Positions 25,546-38,094 of a DNA stretch of 64,000 bases are shown piece after piece; position 1 is the stretch's first letter; the number at the start of each line of letters is the position of its first letter. The DNA comes from Lepidodermella squamata (Eukaryota; Animalia; Gastrotricha). The position numbers and the translations under genes were made by a program. The stretch spans positions 1,116,001 to 1,180,000 of the forward strand of contig JBLDXI010000020.1 in the NCBI GenBank assembly GCA_047495785.1, given 5' to 3'. Under the pieces are notes generated by a model. The model was not told the origin of the DNA and did no database searches. It saw only the letters and a list, made by a program, of their open reading frames with translations.

Positions 25546-25976
25546 TTCAGCAGTGTGATTTGAATAGTGGGTACGTCAATGATGCTCGAGAGCCTCTTAT
25601 CTGGTCGTGAGAGGGCGTCATTCGAATGCTTTTTTTAGTTCCGGCATGTTGAGAACTACAAAAGAGGCGTCGACGTAGGAACACGATTATTTACCTGCTT
25701 GATGCATTTACCATTCAGCATGACCGTCTTTACCAACTAGCGATTCTTCATATTACCTATAAAAAATGTCACGTAAGGCTTGCCAAGATAAAAAACACAG
25801 CTCCGTCATTTTTAAGGCATACTTCGATTATCTAAAATCAAAGTCTATAAGAGTAAATTTAATCATGTGCCAAATTTAGAAAATTCTCTGAATTATTTAA
25901 TGGATTGAATGGCCAAGTAGAGAAAGTATTTTCCTCAACTTTTGAAGATCATTTTCGCCGACGAAAATAGAAAAAT

Positions 25977-26440
25977 CCGGTTTTACGACTTTTTAGCGGT
26001 GACATTTCAGCAAATGAGGGTCATATCATCAGTAGCTTTTCATCTGTGACCAATGAGCAGTGACATTTGAGCAGCGGTCGTTTGTGCGGTGGCGAATCAC
26101 CAGTGTCAAGTCAGCAGTGATTTTATCCCAAATTGATCCCAATTTTTTCAAATTGATTATTTGTATGTCAGTGACATCTCAGCGGAGACAATTCATCAGT
26201 AGAATTAAAAAAAAACATGAAGTGATGAAGTGACACTTGCTCATTTGCCACTGGTGAAAATTCACTGCTATTCTGTCGCCGCTGAAATGTCACTGCTCAC
26301 TTGATTTCAAGGCTTATTCAGATTACTAATAAAAGTATATTATCATGAATTTTCTACTGACAATGTGTCACTGATGAAAAGTCGCGGCCAATTTGAACCT
26401 AATTTGCTGAAGTGTCGCTGCTGAAAAGTCTGACCACGGG
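25977..26440. mobile_element. Degenerate foldback/MITE-like element with internal CAGCAGTGAC-type repeats
   Basis: Left arm cgactttttagcggtgacatttcagcaaatgagggtcatat matches the reverse complement of atttgaacctaatttgctgaagtgtcgctgctgaaaagtct; repeated cagtga/tcactg motifs switch orientation mid-element. Confidence 0.6.
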
Positions 26441-27335
26441 AAAATCATTCGATGGCTTTCATAGTTTTCCTTGTTGGAGCAACACTCAAGGATGACTTGA
26501 ATTCTGGAAACATGGATCCTGCCCAGAGTATCATTTCAGTCGAAAATTCATCAACTTTAATGACCTTTTCATTGAAGTGATTATTTTGAATGTTTTCTAG
26601 GTCATATTGGAAAAATTAGATTGGATGGAAATTTTATGGGAAATGTAAAATAGCTTTATTCTGCTCCAGAACCACGGTTAAGGAGCCATGCCCGCAGCGT
26701 AAGTCACCTAGATCCACAAGGGTTCCATTATTTGTTGTTTGACATTGGGGCTGAAGGATCTTTTTTGAGAGCGCAACGACTAACGCGCAAGTGTGCACAG
26801 CGTTTCTTCCTCCTGATACGTCTATACCTCGCGTTCTCATCCAGTGCCACTTGTCTCGGTTCAGCCTGCTCATCCGCGTACAGAGGTGAATAATTATTTT
26901 TCTTATTTATTTACACGACGACGAAAAGACATCTCAGCTTTGTTGACGTTGTTAGACAAGAAACACAAAATCATTGTTTATTGTTTGCTCAGAGCGCCTC
27001 TTGCAAGACATTCCTATATACGTGTGTGTACAGCCGGCGCACAGCTTTTCGCTCAGTTCACCTGGCGTAACAAAAACTACTGATTTTTCAGTAGTCACTT
27101 ATTAAGCGGCTTGTTTACAATAAAAACAATAAATAGCAAGGCGTGCAAATTCCTTGCGTTTTTTGACAGTTTTTACAAGAGAGAAGAGCAGTCAAGTGTG
27201 ATGGCGAGACGAAGATGGGCCGACGGCAGCGGATGAAGTGATGTTGATAGAAACAGGCCAGCATTTCAAGGTAAGAAGATTACAAGACACGAGCAGAAAG
27301 GTAATACGGGATTGGCAGGGGTAGGAGGCCGTTAA

Positions 27336-28769
27336 TCATAGCCATAATCTGCAGGAGACAATGAAAGCTGCGGCTAGAATAACTGGCTGAAATGATGTCG
27401 ATTGAGAAGAATTGCACGCATCGCTCTGTTGTTAAATTTAGTACCGTTTGATAGAAAAAAAAATAATGGCAAAAATAGAATAAAACTAACCTGACAACAG
27501 TGGATCGACTTGACGCTGAAAAAAAACAAATCATATTTAAAACGGCAGCTCAACGGAAATGATATTCCCATTTTTTAGGCTCAAACGACCATCTTCAGGA
27601 CTTCTATTCAAAACTTCGAAGATATTTATCGTTGCCATCGCTTTATCATTAGCAATGGCAGTACTCTCTATTCAGCCTAAAAATTATGTTCCAGACGGCA
27701 TGCTTATAGCGTCAAGTATACTAAAATGCTAATATTCGGAAAAATTCATTCCGGTAAACCATGCTTCCTATTAGCTCCCTTGCGCTATTGCCATTTTTTA
27801 ACTGTATACCAAACTTGGTCTAGATGAATACATACAAGAAGCATCCGGAGAGAAAGAGCTATTTCCAAATTCGAAACATTTAACCTGATTTAGGTTCGGA
27901 AAAATTATGGATAGATTCGAAGTTAACTCCAAGTATGCAGGATGGTTTAAGTATGTATAGGACGACCGCTTGAGAATAAGATTGACTCAATTTACAAGTT
28001 CAATCCCTAGAATCTTTAAACCGCCTTAATTTTTGCCTGAAAATCATCGAATTGCCCAACGATTTCTGAGTCGGCTAGAAGCCGTCCAGCTCATCCAACA
28101 GCCGTCCTAAGAGCCAACAAGGGTTCATCAAGCCACCCCCAAGCCACCCCCAAATGTTGAGCTTTTGCGGTCCATTTTGCCCCATTTCGCAGCTACTCAC
28201 CCCTCGAGAGCCAATATAACCGATTCTGCTTCGACAAAACGTCTTAAAATGTTTCGAAAAAGAAGGCATGTCATTTTCTTCTCCGAGCATGAATTCCAGA
28301 GACAATCGGAGCGGACAAATCAAGCAAAGGTAAAAGATAGGTCGCTTATTTCCGCTATAACCAAACCCTTCTACTATTCGGACTTGAAATGCGAAATCAA
28401 TTATGGAATATAAACACGAAAAATGACGAAATTTTCTTTGACGATTAACAATTGAAATCGATAAATATACCTGCTGGTGTAGGTCGGGCACTGCCCTGCG
28501 CAGTACTTATTGATACCAATAGTCGTTACGCCTTGTGTTACAATCGTCACGCATTGCCTTGAGGATGAAATAAAACATTAAAAATCGAGAATCTCAAGCT
28601 GCAAGTGGTGTATGTACCAATAATCGTTGCCGCATGTTGTGAGTGTTCCCGATGTCAAGCTGTCGCAGCCGTTACAAGTAAAGCATCTGAGTGCGTCCGA
28701 ACTTTGGGCCAAAATCAGCAAGCTAGTGCATACTGCTAAGACGGAATTCCACGGGACGAAAGCTGACAT
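27336..28769 (-). CDS. Ly6/uPAR GPI-anchored protein 2; 4 exons, including a 25-nt micro-exon (~27491-27515) and a ~950-nt intron
   Basis: LRCFTCNGC..TCGNDYW|QCVT..KYCAGQCPTYTS|SVKSIHCCQ|SDACN followed by a hydrophobic tail. Confidence 0.82.
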
Positions 28770-29736
28770 CTTGATATAATCAAAGTGGCAATCTATAAAA
28801 CTCCTCTAAAAGAAATTCCAAAAGATACAAGTGGCTTATCGCATCGATGAGAGGAGGTTTTTAACAGCTTGTTATCCAAAGGCGCAGAAAACAAATATGT
28901 AAGTGATACCGCGAGCGAAAAAATATTTACTCAGAATATATGCAAAAAATATCTTGAATCAATGGCTCCGGTAGAATTTGCGGTTTTAATACGACGATAA
29001 CACCCGCATGTAACAAGTGACTCAGGGTAGGCGGAAGTAAAAAAACACGTAAATGGATGGCGGTGATATCACTGTGGTTACTAGTACACGCGGATCTGAT
29101 CATATGTCTCATTGTTTACACCGCATTTTGTACATCCAGGTAGCGTCGCTACCTACTACTGCGGCATCTAAGGCGCGTGCCTCGCGGTTTTTGGCAGCGC
29201 GGCGTTTTGCGCTTCAGATGTGCGCCCAAGTGGCGTAAAAGCGGCGAGTCAACGAGCGCGCGCAAATACATTACCGCGCGTGATGCTTCGCGTCAACAGG
29301 CGCACACGTATATGGTAACAAACTTGCTAAATAGCCCATCATAATCGACGATTGTTACACAGCAGCAGCAACAATGTATATAAGTGTATCAACGGCCAGG
29401 TATTATCGCATCCGTTCAATTTTATTAACTATTATTTTTCAATTAAGATACTGCATAAATCAAACATCAAGCGCGATAAGGACAAAAAATTGATTCCCTA
29501 TTGTCACAAAAATAAATCTAACATCTCTGTTATTGATTTGATTGAGTAAGTTTTTTTGCATAAAATATCAGTATTTTACAACATATACTTTCATCGGCTG
29601 AATTCAGATAGATGACGACTTTATGCAAAGGTCGCTAACAACTAGACATAAAACGGGGATATTTCCGAGTAGAAATGGCGTGTGCAAAAATTTTAAGGGT
29701 GACGAAGGAGTGACGGTGTAGGATTGCATATTGAAG

Positions 29737-30201
29737 TTAGAATCGAGCAACGAGGGGGACGAGGGCGGCGATGAGGCCGACCATCGAGGCGACTTGAGTT
29801 GACGCCGAGTTGCACAGATCCGAAGCGCAGCACTAAGAACAAAAATTTCAATATTAAAATCATAAAACTCTTCAATCAACTAACCTTGACAGAGACAGTC
29901 CTGAGAAGTTGGGAAAATAGAAAAAAATTAGTCAATCGTTACTTTTGGGACGCAACTTTGAAACTTACGAGCTTCCGTAGCTTGGGCACTGGCCGGCGCA
30001 GTAGCGGCTGGTCTGGACGCCCGACAGGTATTGCACCTTCATCTCAGCGCACTGGGTGTATTCGTTGCCGCATTGGGTCTGGGAGCCGACGGTGTTCTGG
30101 CAGTTGGTGCAGGTGTAGCACTTGAGGGCGTCGATCGGGGCGAAGAAAACAGCGGCAGCGACGAGGGCGGCTGCGATAATGAGAACAGTTGATGAGGCCA
30201 T
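29737..30201 (-). CDS. Ly6/uPAR GPI-anchored protein 3; includes a 16-nt micro-exon (~29885-29900)
   Basis: LKCYTCTNC..QCGNEYTQCAE..RYCAGQCPSYGS|STVSVK|CCASDLCN followed by a hydrophobic tail. Confidence 0.88.
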
Positions 30202-31869
30202 GGCGTTCCGCTTTCCAATATTATTCACAAAATCGGCAATTAAAGCTGATTAAGCTCTAAAACGATTGCAACGAAATTCAGATGAATGATGAAAAATGAA
30301 ACATTTGACATAAAGGCAGAGAAACATTCTAAGAGCTTCAACACAAGAGGGGATTGCTCTCAAATGCTGCGCTGTAAAAATTCCACCTTAATGCAATTTT
30401 AAAACAAAACTCAAAACTCACATTTAATTTGGCAACCTTAATAGTAATGGCTACCACAGGAAAAATTGAGAGAAGCTAGGATATGACTTCAAAAGCGCGA
30501 AGGGAACTCGGAAACTTGAATTAGTCGGAAATTGCTCCTCACACTAGGCTGCAAAAACTGATTCTGACGGGAAAAGCTTTGCGTTGGGGGATCCAGTAAT
30601 AAACAGGCTGGAAATTTTTTTGAAGTGCCTGGGTGAGGACGAAGCTCTTCAAAGGTGTGTATATATATTAAAAAATAACTTGCTCGCGGAAGAGATAATC
30701 GGAGTAAATGGGTACAGGCGTATGAAAGCACGTGGTTCTTATAAGGCGAGAGTAGGCGGGCTCTCAATTGAAGAAAGCCGGGTAGGAGAAAAAATGAAGG
30801 GCCGCGCTTGAAATGCGCGTGATGTCAGGGGTGGTGCAAGGGCCACTAATACAAATGACAATTGTCATGGCGGATTAATACTTATTAAAAATGTCGCCAA
30901 GTCGGCGCCGAATTATTACGACTTTATGCTGCTTTGGATGCGCTATTTGCCGACTGCGTGTCCGCGTGCGCGCGCGTACAACGCGCCTCGAGGGCCATTC
31001 GTTTTCGTTTCGAGTAGATAACTGCGGGTCGCACTCTCTCTGCGGCTCGCTTTTTACAGCGCCGCGTGCCTCGTCGCTAATGTGCGCGCGCGAGTCGATG
31101 GACGGAGGCGTAGCAGCGCGCGCCAGCGTTAATTGTTCGCCGTGTTTTTGTTATATCGCCGTCTTTGTTTCGCCGCGCCCGCCTATAATATGCGCCTCCT
31201 ATTATAACATTCAAATAACAATATTTATCGTATCGCCCCTTTTTGTTTGTGCACCTGCTCGTCTTTTATACCCACTATTTATACTATTATATTTTAGATC
31301 TCATTACCGAAACTGCCGGGCCAAGCCCAGTTGCGCCCGTGCGTGCCCGAAAAGGTCCGAAATGTTATATGCCAAGTGGCTATTTCCTGCTGCTACTACT
31401 ACGACGAACTACATTCGCCAGCGTTCAGCCGCAACGGCCTGTCACCGGCCAGACCCGGGCGCTTATTTGACCAGTATCGTTATCGGCAAACCATGGCGGG
31501 TCGAAAAAAAACCGCCGTTTTTTCCAAGCAAAGGCCAGTGCTGTCCACTTTTTACGTAACACAACAATAGGACGCGCCGGCTTTGTTCTCCGCTTGACTG
31601 AGCAAAGAGCAGCGGAATTAGGCGAAAAAAACCCAAGCTCAGTCCGTTATTTTTTTCGAGATTAATCATGCGAATAGATCTCTCCAGAACAAATACAAGA
31701 TGTGACGAGGACAATTGACGTTATGCTAATTGCTGCTATAACGCGTCTTGATGGCCGGTAAAACGAAAGCACTTGACCGCTCTTACTCCAAACACTCGTA
31801 TTGTCCGGTTTAGGATAGTGCAAAAAAGTTGATCGGGGGTGGAATTTTCATTATAATAACCTGATTTAT

Positions 31870-33047
31870 TCAAATATCATCGCTATTCCTATCTGGAAAT
31901 ATTTCAAAATAGCGAGTCACGTGATACGTCGCAGTTATTATACCAACTTGTTCCGCGACGTAGAGAATCCTGTAAACTGCAATCATAGGTGGTAGAATAA
32001 TCGGAATCCCACTTAATTGGATCGCATTTTCAACCAAATCTTTGTCCTCAGCTGTTGGGTCAAAATCTACAGCGATTCTTATGTAGAACTCGTTCAAGTT
32101 GTGCAGCAATCGATGGAAAGACGCCAGTAAAATGGCAATCAGGCTCCAGCTAACCATACTCTTGAAACACCTCCGACGCTGTAAATTCTCCTCCTTTTCA
32201 GTGTAAAACGTTGTTGTTCGACGAAAATGAGCCAAATGCAAACAGGATGCGAAAAGAAGCAAAACTGAAATTAAAAGTCGAAGCAACGATTCGAAGCAAT
32301 TTTTTTAACCTTACAATTTGTGATGCCGATGAATAGAATTTGAAACCAGTGCAGCCAGTGAAGGGCCTTGCCAATGTAATCGTCGGTGTTATAGTAAGAA
32401 ATTGAAGTTTTAACTAAGTTCGTGACGCCATTTTCTACACACCACTCGCAGGTGTAATTCGAAACAGAAAGGAAGGCCAACAGTGTCGAGATTAGGCAGA
32501 GCAAACCCCGCAAAAATGGGTTCGTTATCATTGCCAGATCATTACCTTAATTTAATGGGAAATCTAGGATTTTTCAGCTCAATTCATCAAAATTACCTGA
32601 TTTTACATCAGATCCTGTTAATCGGTTTGTTGAAAGTGATTCCCATAGTGAGCAGCACAAGTAGATTTCAATGAAAACTTCAGCAATTTTCCGCAATATA
32701 TGGTAGGTAAAAAGACTGAAAAAGCACATGGCCATTCCCATTTCGCCTTCGAATCGAATAATGCTTGCATCTTGGCGTAGAAATTCAAACGATTCGCAAA
32801 TGTAGAACATGATCAACGCTCGATAGATGCTTTGAACTGAGGATATGTAGTAGATCGATTTCTTACTTTGACGGGTCCACTGAAATTCCAGAGCTTTCCG
32901 GACGCGACTCAGCAGCCGAAGACAACAGGCAATGGCGACTAGACCAATGGCTGTATGATTAACACCCTCAAGCATCAGCCTAAGCGGCCAATCTCTGCAT
33001 GAGTCAGCGAAACAATCGCACGTCCTATTATTTTCGAAATCCATCAT
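31870..33047 (-). CDS. Divergent multi-pass (probably 7TM) membrane protein, unrecognised family, paralogue 1 (358 aa; introns 32546-32596 and 32265-32314)
   Basis: Three ORF pieces splice in frame; alternating hydrophobic helices; shares CxCFxxxCxxW and FLR[QE]DA..[FY]xGxxG...CF with 40541-41713. Confidence 0.72.
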
Positions 33048-33159
33048 AAGGAATGATGAAAAAACTCAAAATCAGCAATCATCTCAGCAATAAGAAATAA
33101 CCGGCGATAAGCACGAACCAAATTTTTATATTAGCTCATTTTTATCACAGCCCATTTTA

Positions 33160-34146
33160 TTAATTGATTAGAGTTACGTTCTCATCTAATGAAACTGTGG
33201 CAATTTTCGGTGACGTCGGCTGCTCACTATCCGAACTGCGCCGTCTGAAAACCCTACTCAACACCACAAAGAAGAAAATATTGAGAGCATTTCCAACAAT
33301 ATGGCAGATAATGTCTATCTCCTTAGCGTCTATCCATTCTAGGATGAATTTCCTTAGTAAAGTGTCTGAGATTGAGCTCAGGCATAGGATAGGAATTTCG
33401 CTTATCGACGAGAACAGCATTAGGACAGCGATTGAAAGGGACATGTTCCTTAAACCAGTGTCTATCGATTTGATTTTCGCGATGAAAGTTGTGCTGAGGA
33501 AAGTTAGAACGACAATAGCTGATAGGTTGAAGAATACCAATCGCATAAACGAGTAGATGACGAACCAGTTGAATTTCGACGACTGGTCCCATCTTACAAT
33601 AGGACATCCGGAGTTGTTATCGATTGAAAGCGCGAACATTCTTGGGATGTTCAGGAACAGGCCTCCGATGCAGATTGTTGCCGAGATCGCTCGAGCTTTT
33701 TCGACACGAAGCTTCTGGGAGGTGACACCCTGCCTGAGACATGGCGTAACTCGCAGCTGGTACCACCAGTCGATGCCAATAGCTACTGTGAAACAAAGAC
33801 ACATCGTGGCTAGATAACTGTGAAGTGGCCAGAGAATATAAATCCGAAGTAGGACTACATCGAAATAGGTCGAAAGCTGATCTGAAAATGCGAAAATGAC
33901 CGATTGCAGACCGCAAACCAATAGCTGATTAGCTTGGAAAAACGAGAGAAATCTGAACAATGTGAAGGTTGAAGTTTTGAAGTTTTTGTAAATTTCGAGG
34001 CGTCGACATGAAATTGCAATCAAGATAGCCAAGTTGAGCAAGAAGCCAGCCGTGCATAATGAAGGGTAGAAAATCGCGTAGAGTAGATATGATCTGTGCT
34101 CTGTCGGCCTTTGATGGCAATCTGATACCATGCCTGCGAGGCGCAT
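33160..34146 (-). CDS. Rhodopsin-class GPCR, paralogue of 9872-11313 (true start or upstream exon uncertain)
   Basis: GFLLN, FKTSTFT, ILWP, IDWW (DRY position), LNIPRMFA, GC..RW..WF..YS..R, NIFFFVVLSRVFR, all collinear with the 9872 receptor. Confidence 0.82.
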   Translation of the reverse strand: MRLAGMVSDCHQRPTEHRSYLLYAIFYPSLCTAGFLLNLAILIAISCRRLEIYKNFKTSTFTLFRFLSFFQANQLLVCGLQSVIFAFSDQLSTYFDVVLLRIYILWPLHSYLATMCLCFTVAIGIDWWYQLRVTPCLRQGVTSQKLRVEKARAISATICIGGLFLNIPRMFALSIDNNSGCPIVRWDQSSKFNWFVIYSFMRLVFFNLSAIVVLTFLSTTFIAKIKSIDTGLRNMSLSIAVLMLFSSISEIPILCLSSISDTLLRKFILEWIDAKEIDIICHIVGNALNIFFFVVLSRVFRRRSSDSEQPTSPKIATVSLDENVTLIN

Positions 34147-34975
34147 CGTTTTTCGTGAAAGCTGTGTCAAAAAACTGCTATGTCATTTAGTCTTGAAATT
34201 ATGTGAATTGCACGAAGCCTATTACGAGAGAATTCAACACGCGGTATCGATTTTTCTATATGAATTCTAATTAGCTCGGCTAATGCTGGATCAATGGTTT
34301 GATCTCCGCCTGGATTAAGTGACTGTGACGATATTCGCTGCCCTGAAAGGAAAGCTGGAAAGGATTTCAGCTGTCAGCTTTCATCCTCAAACCATGTCCC
34401 TAATATTTGAAGGTGTACAAAAACGAATGAATTTGGATTTTATTATTTTCCTGTTTTCAAAGATTAATTTTTCTGAAAATCCAGGTTAAGGTGGATGTTT
34501 AGTGCGATTTAGTGCACTGATGCACTCCAATGCTATATTCGATTGATTTCCAGTCGGTTTAGATGCGGCATGAGAGTCGCCATCTCTACAGGTAAACAAC
34601 CCTAAGCTTAGAAAACAATCGCGCGTACCGAAACACCGCAAAACAAGGCCTGCATTTTTACGTCAGTTCGATTCCATTTCCCTAATACTTACTATATAGA
34701 TTATATAACTTGGCCGAAAACACGCGCATTGCCAGAATTCGTAATGATAGGCGCAAGTTTTATTTATCATTTGCGACTTGATCGCGCGTGAATAAAGGGC
34801 GCATCTTTAATTATGCATGCGACAAAGAGCGCCGCATGCGGCGGCGACGAATTTTTACCTGGCGCGCGGCAATATTCACTCCGCCTATATACCGCAGCAG
34901 GCGATAAACAAAAACACAGACTGCCGCTTTCCGCCTTTTGCCACCGAAGAGTTCCGTTATATTCAACATCGGAGG

Positions 34976-37361
34976 ATGAATTCTCGGTTTTTGCTCGGCA
35001 TAATTTTTCTGTTGACCATCTTCGGAAAAATTCAGGCGAAAGATGACGAAAAATCGACCACTCCTGTAGAGCCTGTCGGAACCAGTGGTTTACGTGAGTT
35101 AATATTTTATTTATTTTTCAATTTTATTAAAAATGTAAATTTTAGCCTGTTTATCCAATGCTACTTGCACTGGTCCCAACGAGCATTGTAAAATTGCCGA
35201 CGATTTTGTAGGTTTTGAAATTGTGAATAATCCCGATTTTACGATTTTATTTAGGATAGCCCGTGTAAACAAGGACTCTGCGAATGTCTGCCATGCTACG
35301 CCCTTGATAGAAACGGAATTTGCTCGCCTCGTAATTTCTACAAAATTAGTTTAAATTATTTCAATTTATTTCTGAATTTAATAGTAAATAAGTTGGAACT
35401 GGGACATGCATGCTTTGGTGAAAGGAATGAAGTCATAGTCGTCGAGCATGCCTCGTGTTATCTCGGCGTCGTTTCTTGCAAAAGCGGCTTCACTCAAAGC
35501 GGATCCTACTGCGGAGATGACGGCGGTTACCCGTACGGCGCGAAATGCGATTCAAGTTACTTCTGCGCCGGCGACATGAAATGCTTGAACGGCTCATGCG
35601 GCTGCATAGGGGGCGGAGCTTACAAATTCGACGCAGCCAAGAATTCGTGCGTTTTCAAAGAGCTAGGCGATTTCTGCCAGTCTGACGACGATTGCCAGAT
35701 CGGCGGGACGTTGTGGATAGGTTTCACCGCCGATCGAGCTGCTTGCTTGAAAAATCGTTGTTCGTGCGGTTATGCCAGCCGGGAAACTACAGTTGCCTTC
35801 ATTGACCCATCAAACGGTCGTATTAGGACGAAGCGAATTTGCGTACACCATAACGGGTCGCTTGAGGGTGACTACGGCGCAACTTGTGACATCGACCCTG
35901 TTATAGGCGGAAATTTACCTGACGTTCAGGTTTGTAAGGACGATTTTGTCTGCTTGAGATGCCCGGAAGATGAAGTTTCTGGCCACAAAGGAAGATGCAG
36001 TAAGTAATGAAATAATGTCAAAATTTCTCGCATAATTTCTTAACTTAAAGGGAGCCCATTAACACCAACCCCTCCTCCTGTTTGCTACGAAATGATTAAG
36101 CAGCCTGAGAATGAAGAGGTAGTCCCAGCAGCGTCTCCTGGGAACGACGTGCCTTCCGATCAGCTAGTCGTTATCACCCTGACATCAGCTGTTTCCTTGA
36201 CTCAAGACCCCGACCCTGAGACCTGGACTTGGACAGATCGAGTTATGGCGGCTGTTGCGAATAAGACCTGGTACAACAACGGCTGGCCTTATCGCCAATG
36301 CTCGACGGCTTCAAATTGCTACCAAAACGAACAGTGTTTGATCCCGAGCTTCTGCAGAAGGGGTGTCTGCGTCTGCACCCCGCCCAGTTACCAGGACGGG
36401 TTCGAAAACTGCTTGCTACCCTTGGCTAACCCAACCCCTGATTCTCTGAAGAATTCATCTGCTTCTAATTCGAGCGAGATTTCATACACCAGTAGTTCTA
36501 AAGCTGATACTGAGCGATTTTTTAGCTCAGAATTGGGAAATAGCTTCTACTATGGCATGGCGTGTTCTGATGTGACAGATTGCGGCAAAATCGGCATGAA
36601 TGGTTTGAATGGTTTGGCCCAGAACGGACTTCATTGCATTTCGAACAGCTCTAGCGAAACTTCGAACCAAACATACTGTTTATGCCCGACTTTGAAATAC
36701 AAATGGGACGAAACATCATTCCGGTGCAAACCAAGTATTATTACTTTAAAGATCTAAATTTGCTCTAAAATTCTTTGATTTTGCAGAGGAGTTTGGAGAT
36801 GGGTGTACGTCTGATGCCGAGTGTGATACAGGGGCTTATACGAAGCAATCAACTGGTGGTTTCAAATGCTTGGTTGAATCTGGCACTTGCGGCTGCAATG
36901 AGCCTGACTTCACCCCAGTGACTGTATCTGTCATTCAAGCTGCCTGGGGAGCAGCGATGCCTCGAAACATGCCGATTATTATCACTAAGAGGACGTATTG
37001 CGTTCTATCAAGCGCCCACAAGCCCGATGTGAAGGCTGATGCGAACTGCACTATCCAGCTGGCGGAGGATAGCGACAAGGCGACTTATACGTGTGCTTCT
37101 GGACTGATTTGCCTCTACTGCCCTGCAGATACTACTTACGGCATGTGCACAAGTTTAAGTAAGCTTTTTATTGCCAAAACAGCCCTAAAAATGACTTTGT
37201 TTCAAACAGCCGCTATCCTTGACGCCGCAAATGTTTCTGGAACAAAAATGTTTATGGCTGATCCCAGCAAAGCATCGGCGATTATTCGTGATAGTACAAA
37301 AACGTTTCTGAATGCTTTCATTGCTATCTTAGCACTAATTATTAGCGTGACCTTGTGTTGA
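34976..37361 (+). CDS. Cysteine-rich surface protein with EB-module-like repeats, probably GPI-anchored; at least 7 exons
   Basis: Signal peptide MNSRFLLGIIFLLTIFG; repeated units such as YGAKCDSSYFC..C..GSCGC and LGDFCQSDDDC; C-terminal hydrophobic tail; short GT-AG introns join the ORF pieces. Confidence 0.75.
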
Positions 37362-38094
37362 TGATAGCGTTTGAGGTCGCGCCATCGTGTCATAAAACAT
37401 CTAAAAAGCATCTATTTTGCGGAATTCAGGTTAACCAAATAAAAACAGGATGCATTTTACTCAAGTTTAAAGTTCAACGGAAATTCGATTATGGTCAGCT
37501 GCGTCTGCATTCGAAACATTTGCACTTCCTGTTGCGACTTCATACCGCAGTGCTTGGAACCGAACTCTGAGACACTTGGAAAATCACGCTCAAGAACAGA
37601 AAACACCATTTCAATCTGATCACAAGCCTTTAATTTAGCATTTATTTTAGAGGCATTCATTAGACTAAGTAAAACGAAAAAACTTGGTTACGCTGGGAAG
37701 TCCGTGAATTACGCTGCCCGGAGATATTTTGAAGCTAATTATATGCTAATCAAACGTATTCTCAGCTAAATTATGACATTTCTTTGCTGTCTTAGAGCAC
37801 GCTTCTCGCGCCCACGTTTTGCTAACGGATCTGGAGCTTGGTTAGAAAGACAATAAATTCACAATTAGTCAAAACCAGACTCGCGCAAGGCATCATTATT
37901 TCACCTTTTGATTACAAGTAATTTGATAGTAAGCTGAGAGTTTCATAACTTCTAGAAATTTTTAATGAGATCGGAGCTCGCATGACTCAAATGTGGTGGA
38001 AGGGGGTTGAAATTAGCCGCCTACCTTTATAAAATTCGGAAAAAAATCAGTAATCAGCATTCCTTCATTTTTGTCTAAAATAGAAATTGAAAAA

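Noticed and set aside
30891-31570. 222-aa and overlapping ORFs
   Set aside because: No recognisable domain or coding-like composition; expected by chance in GC-rich non-coding sequence
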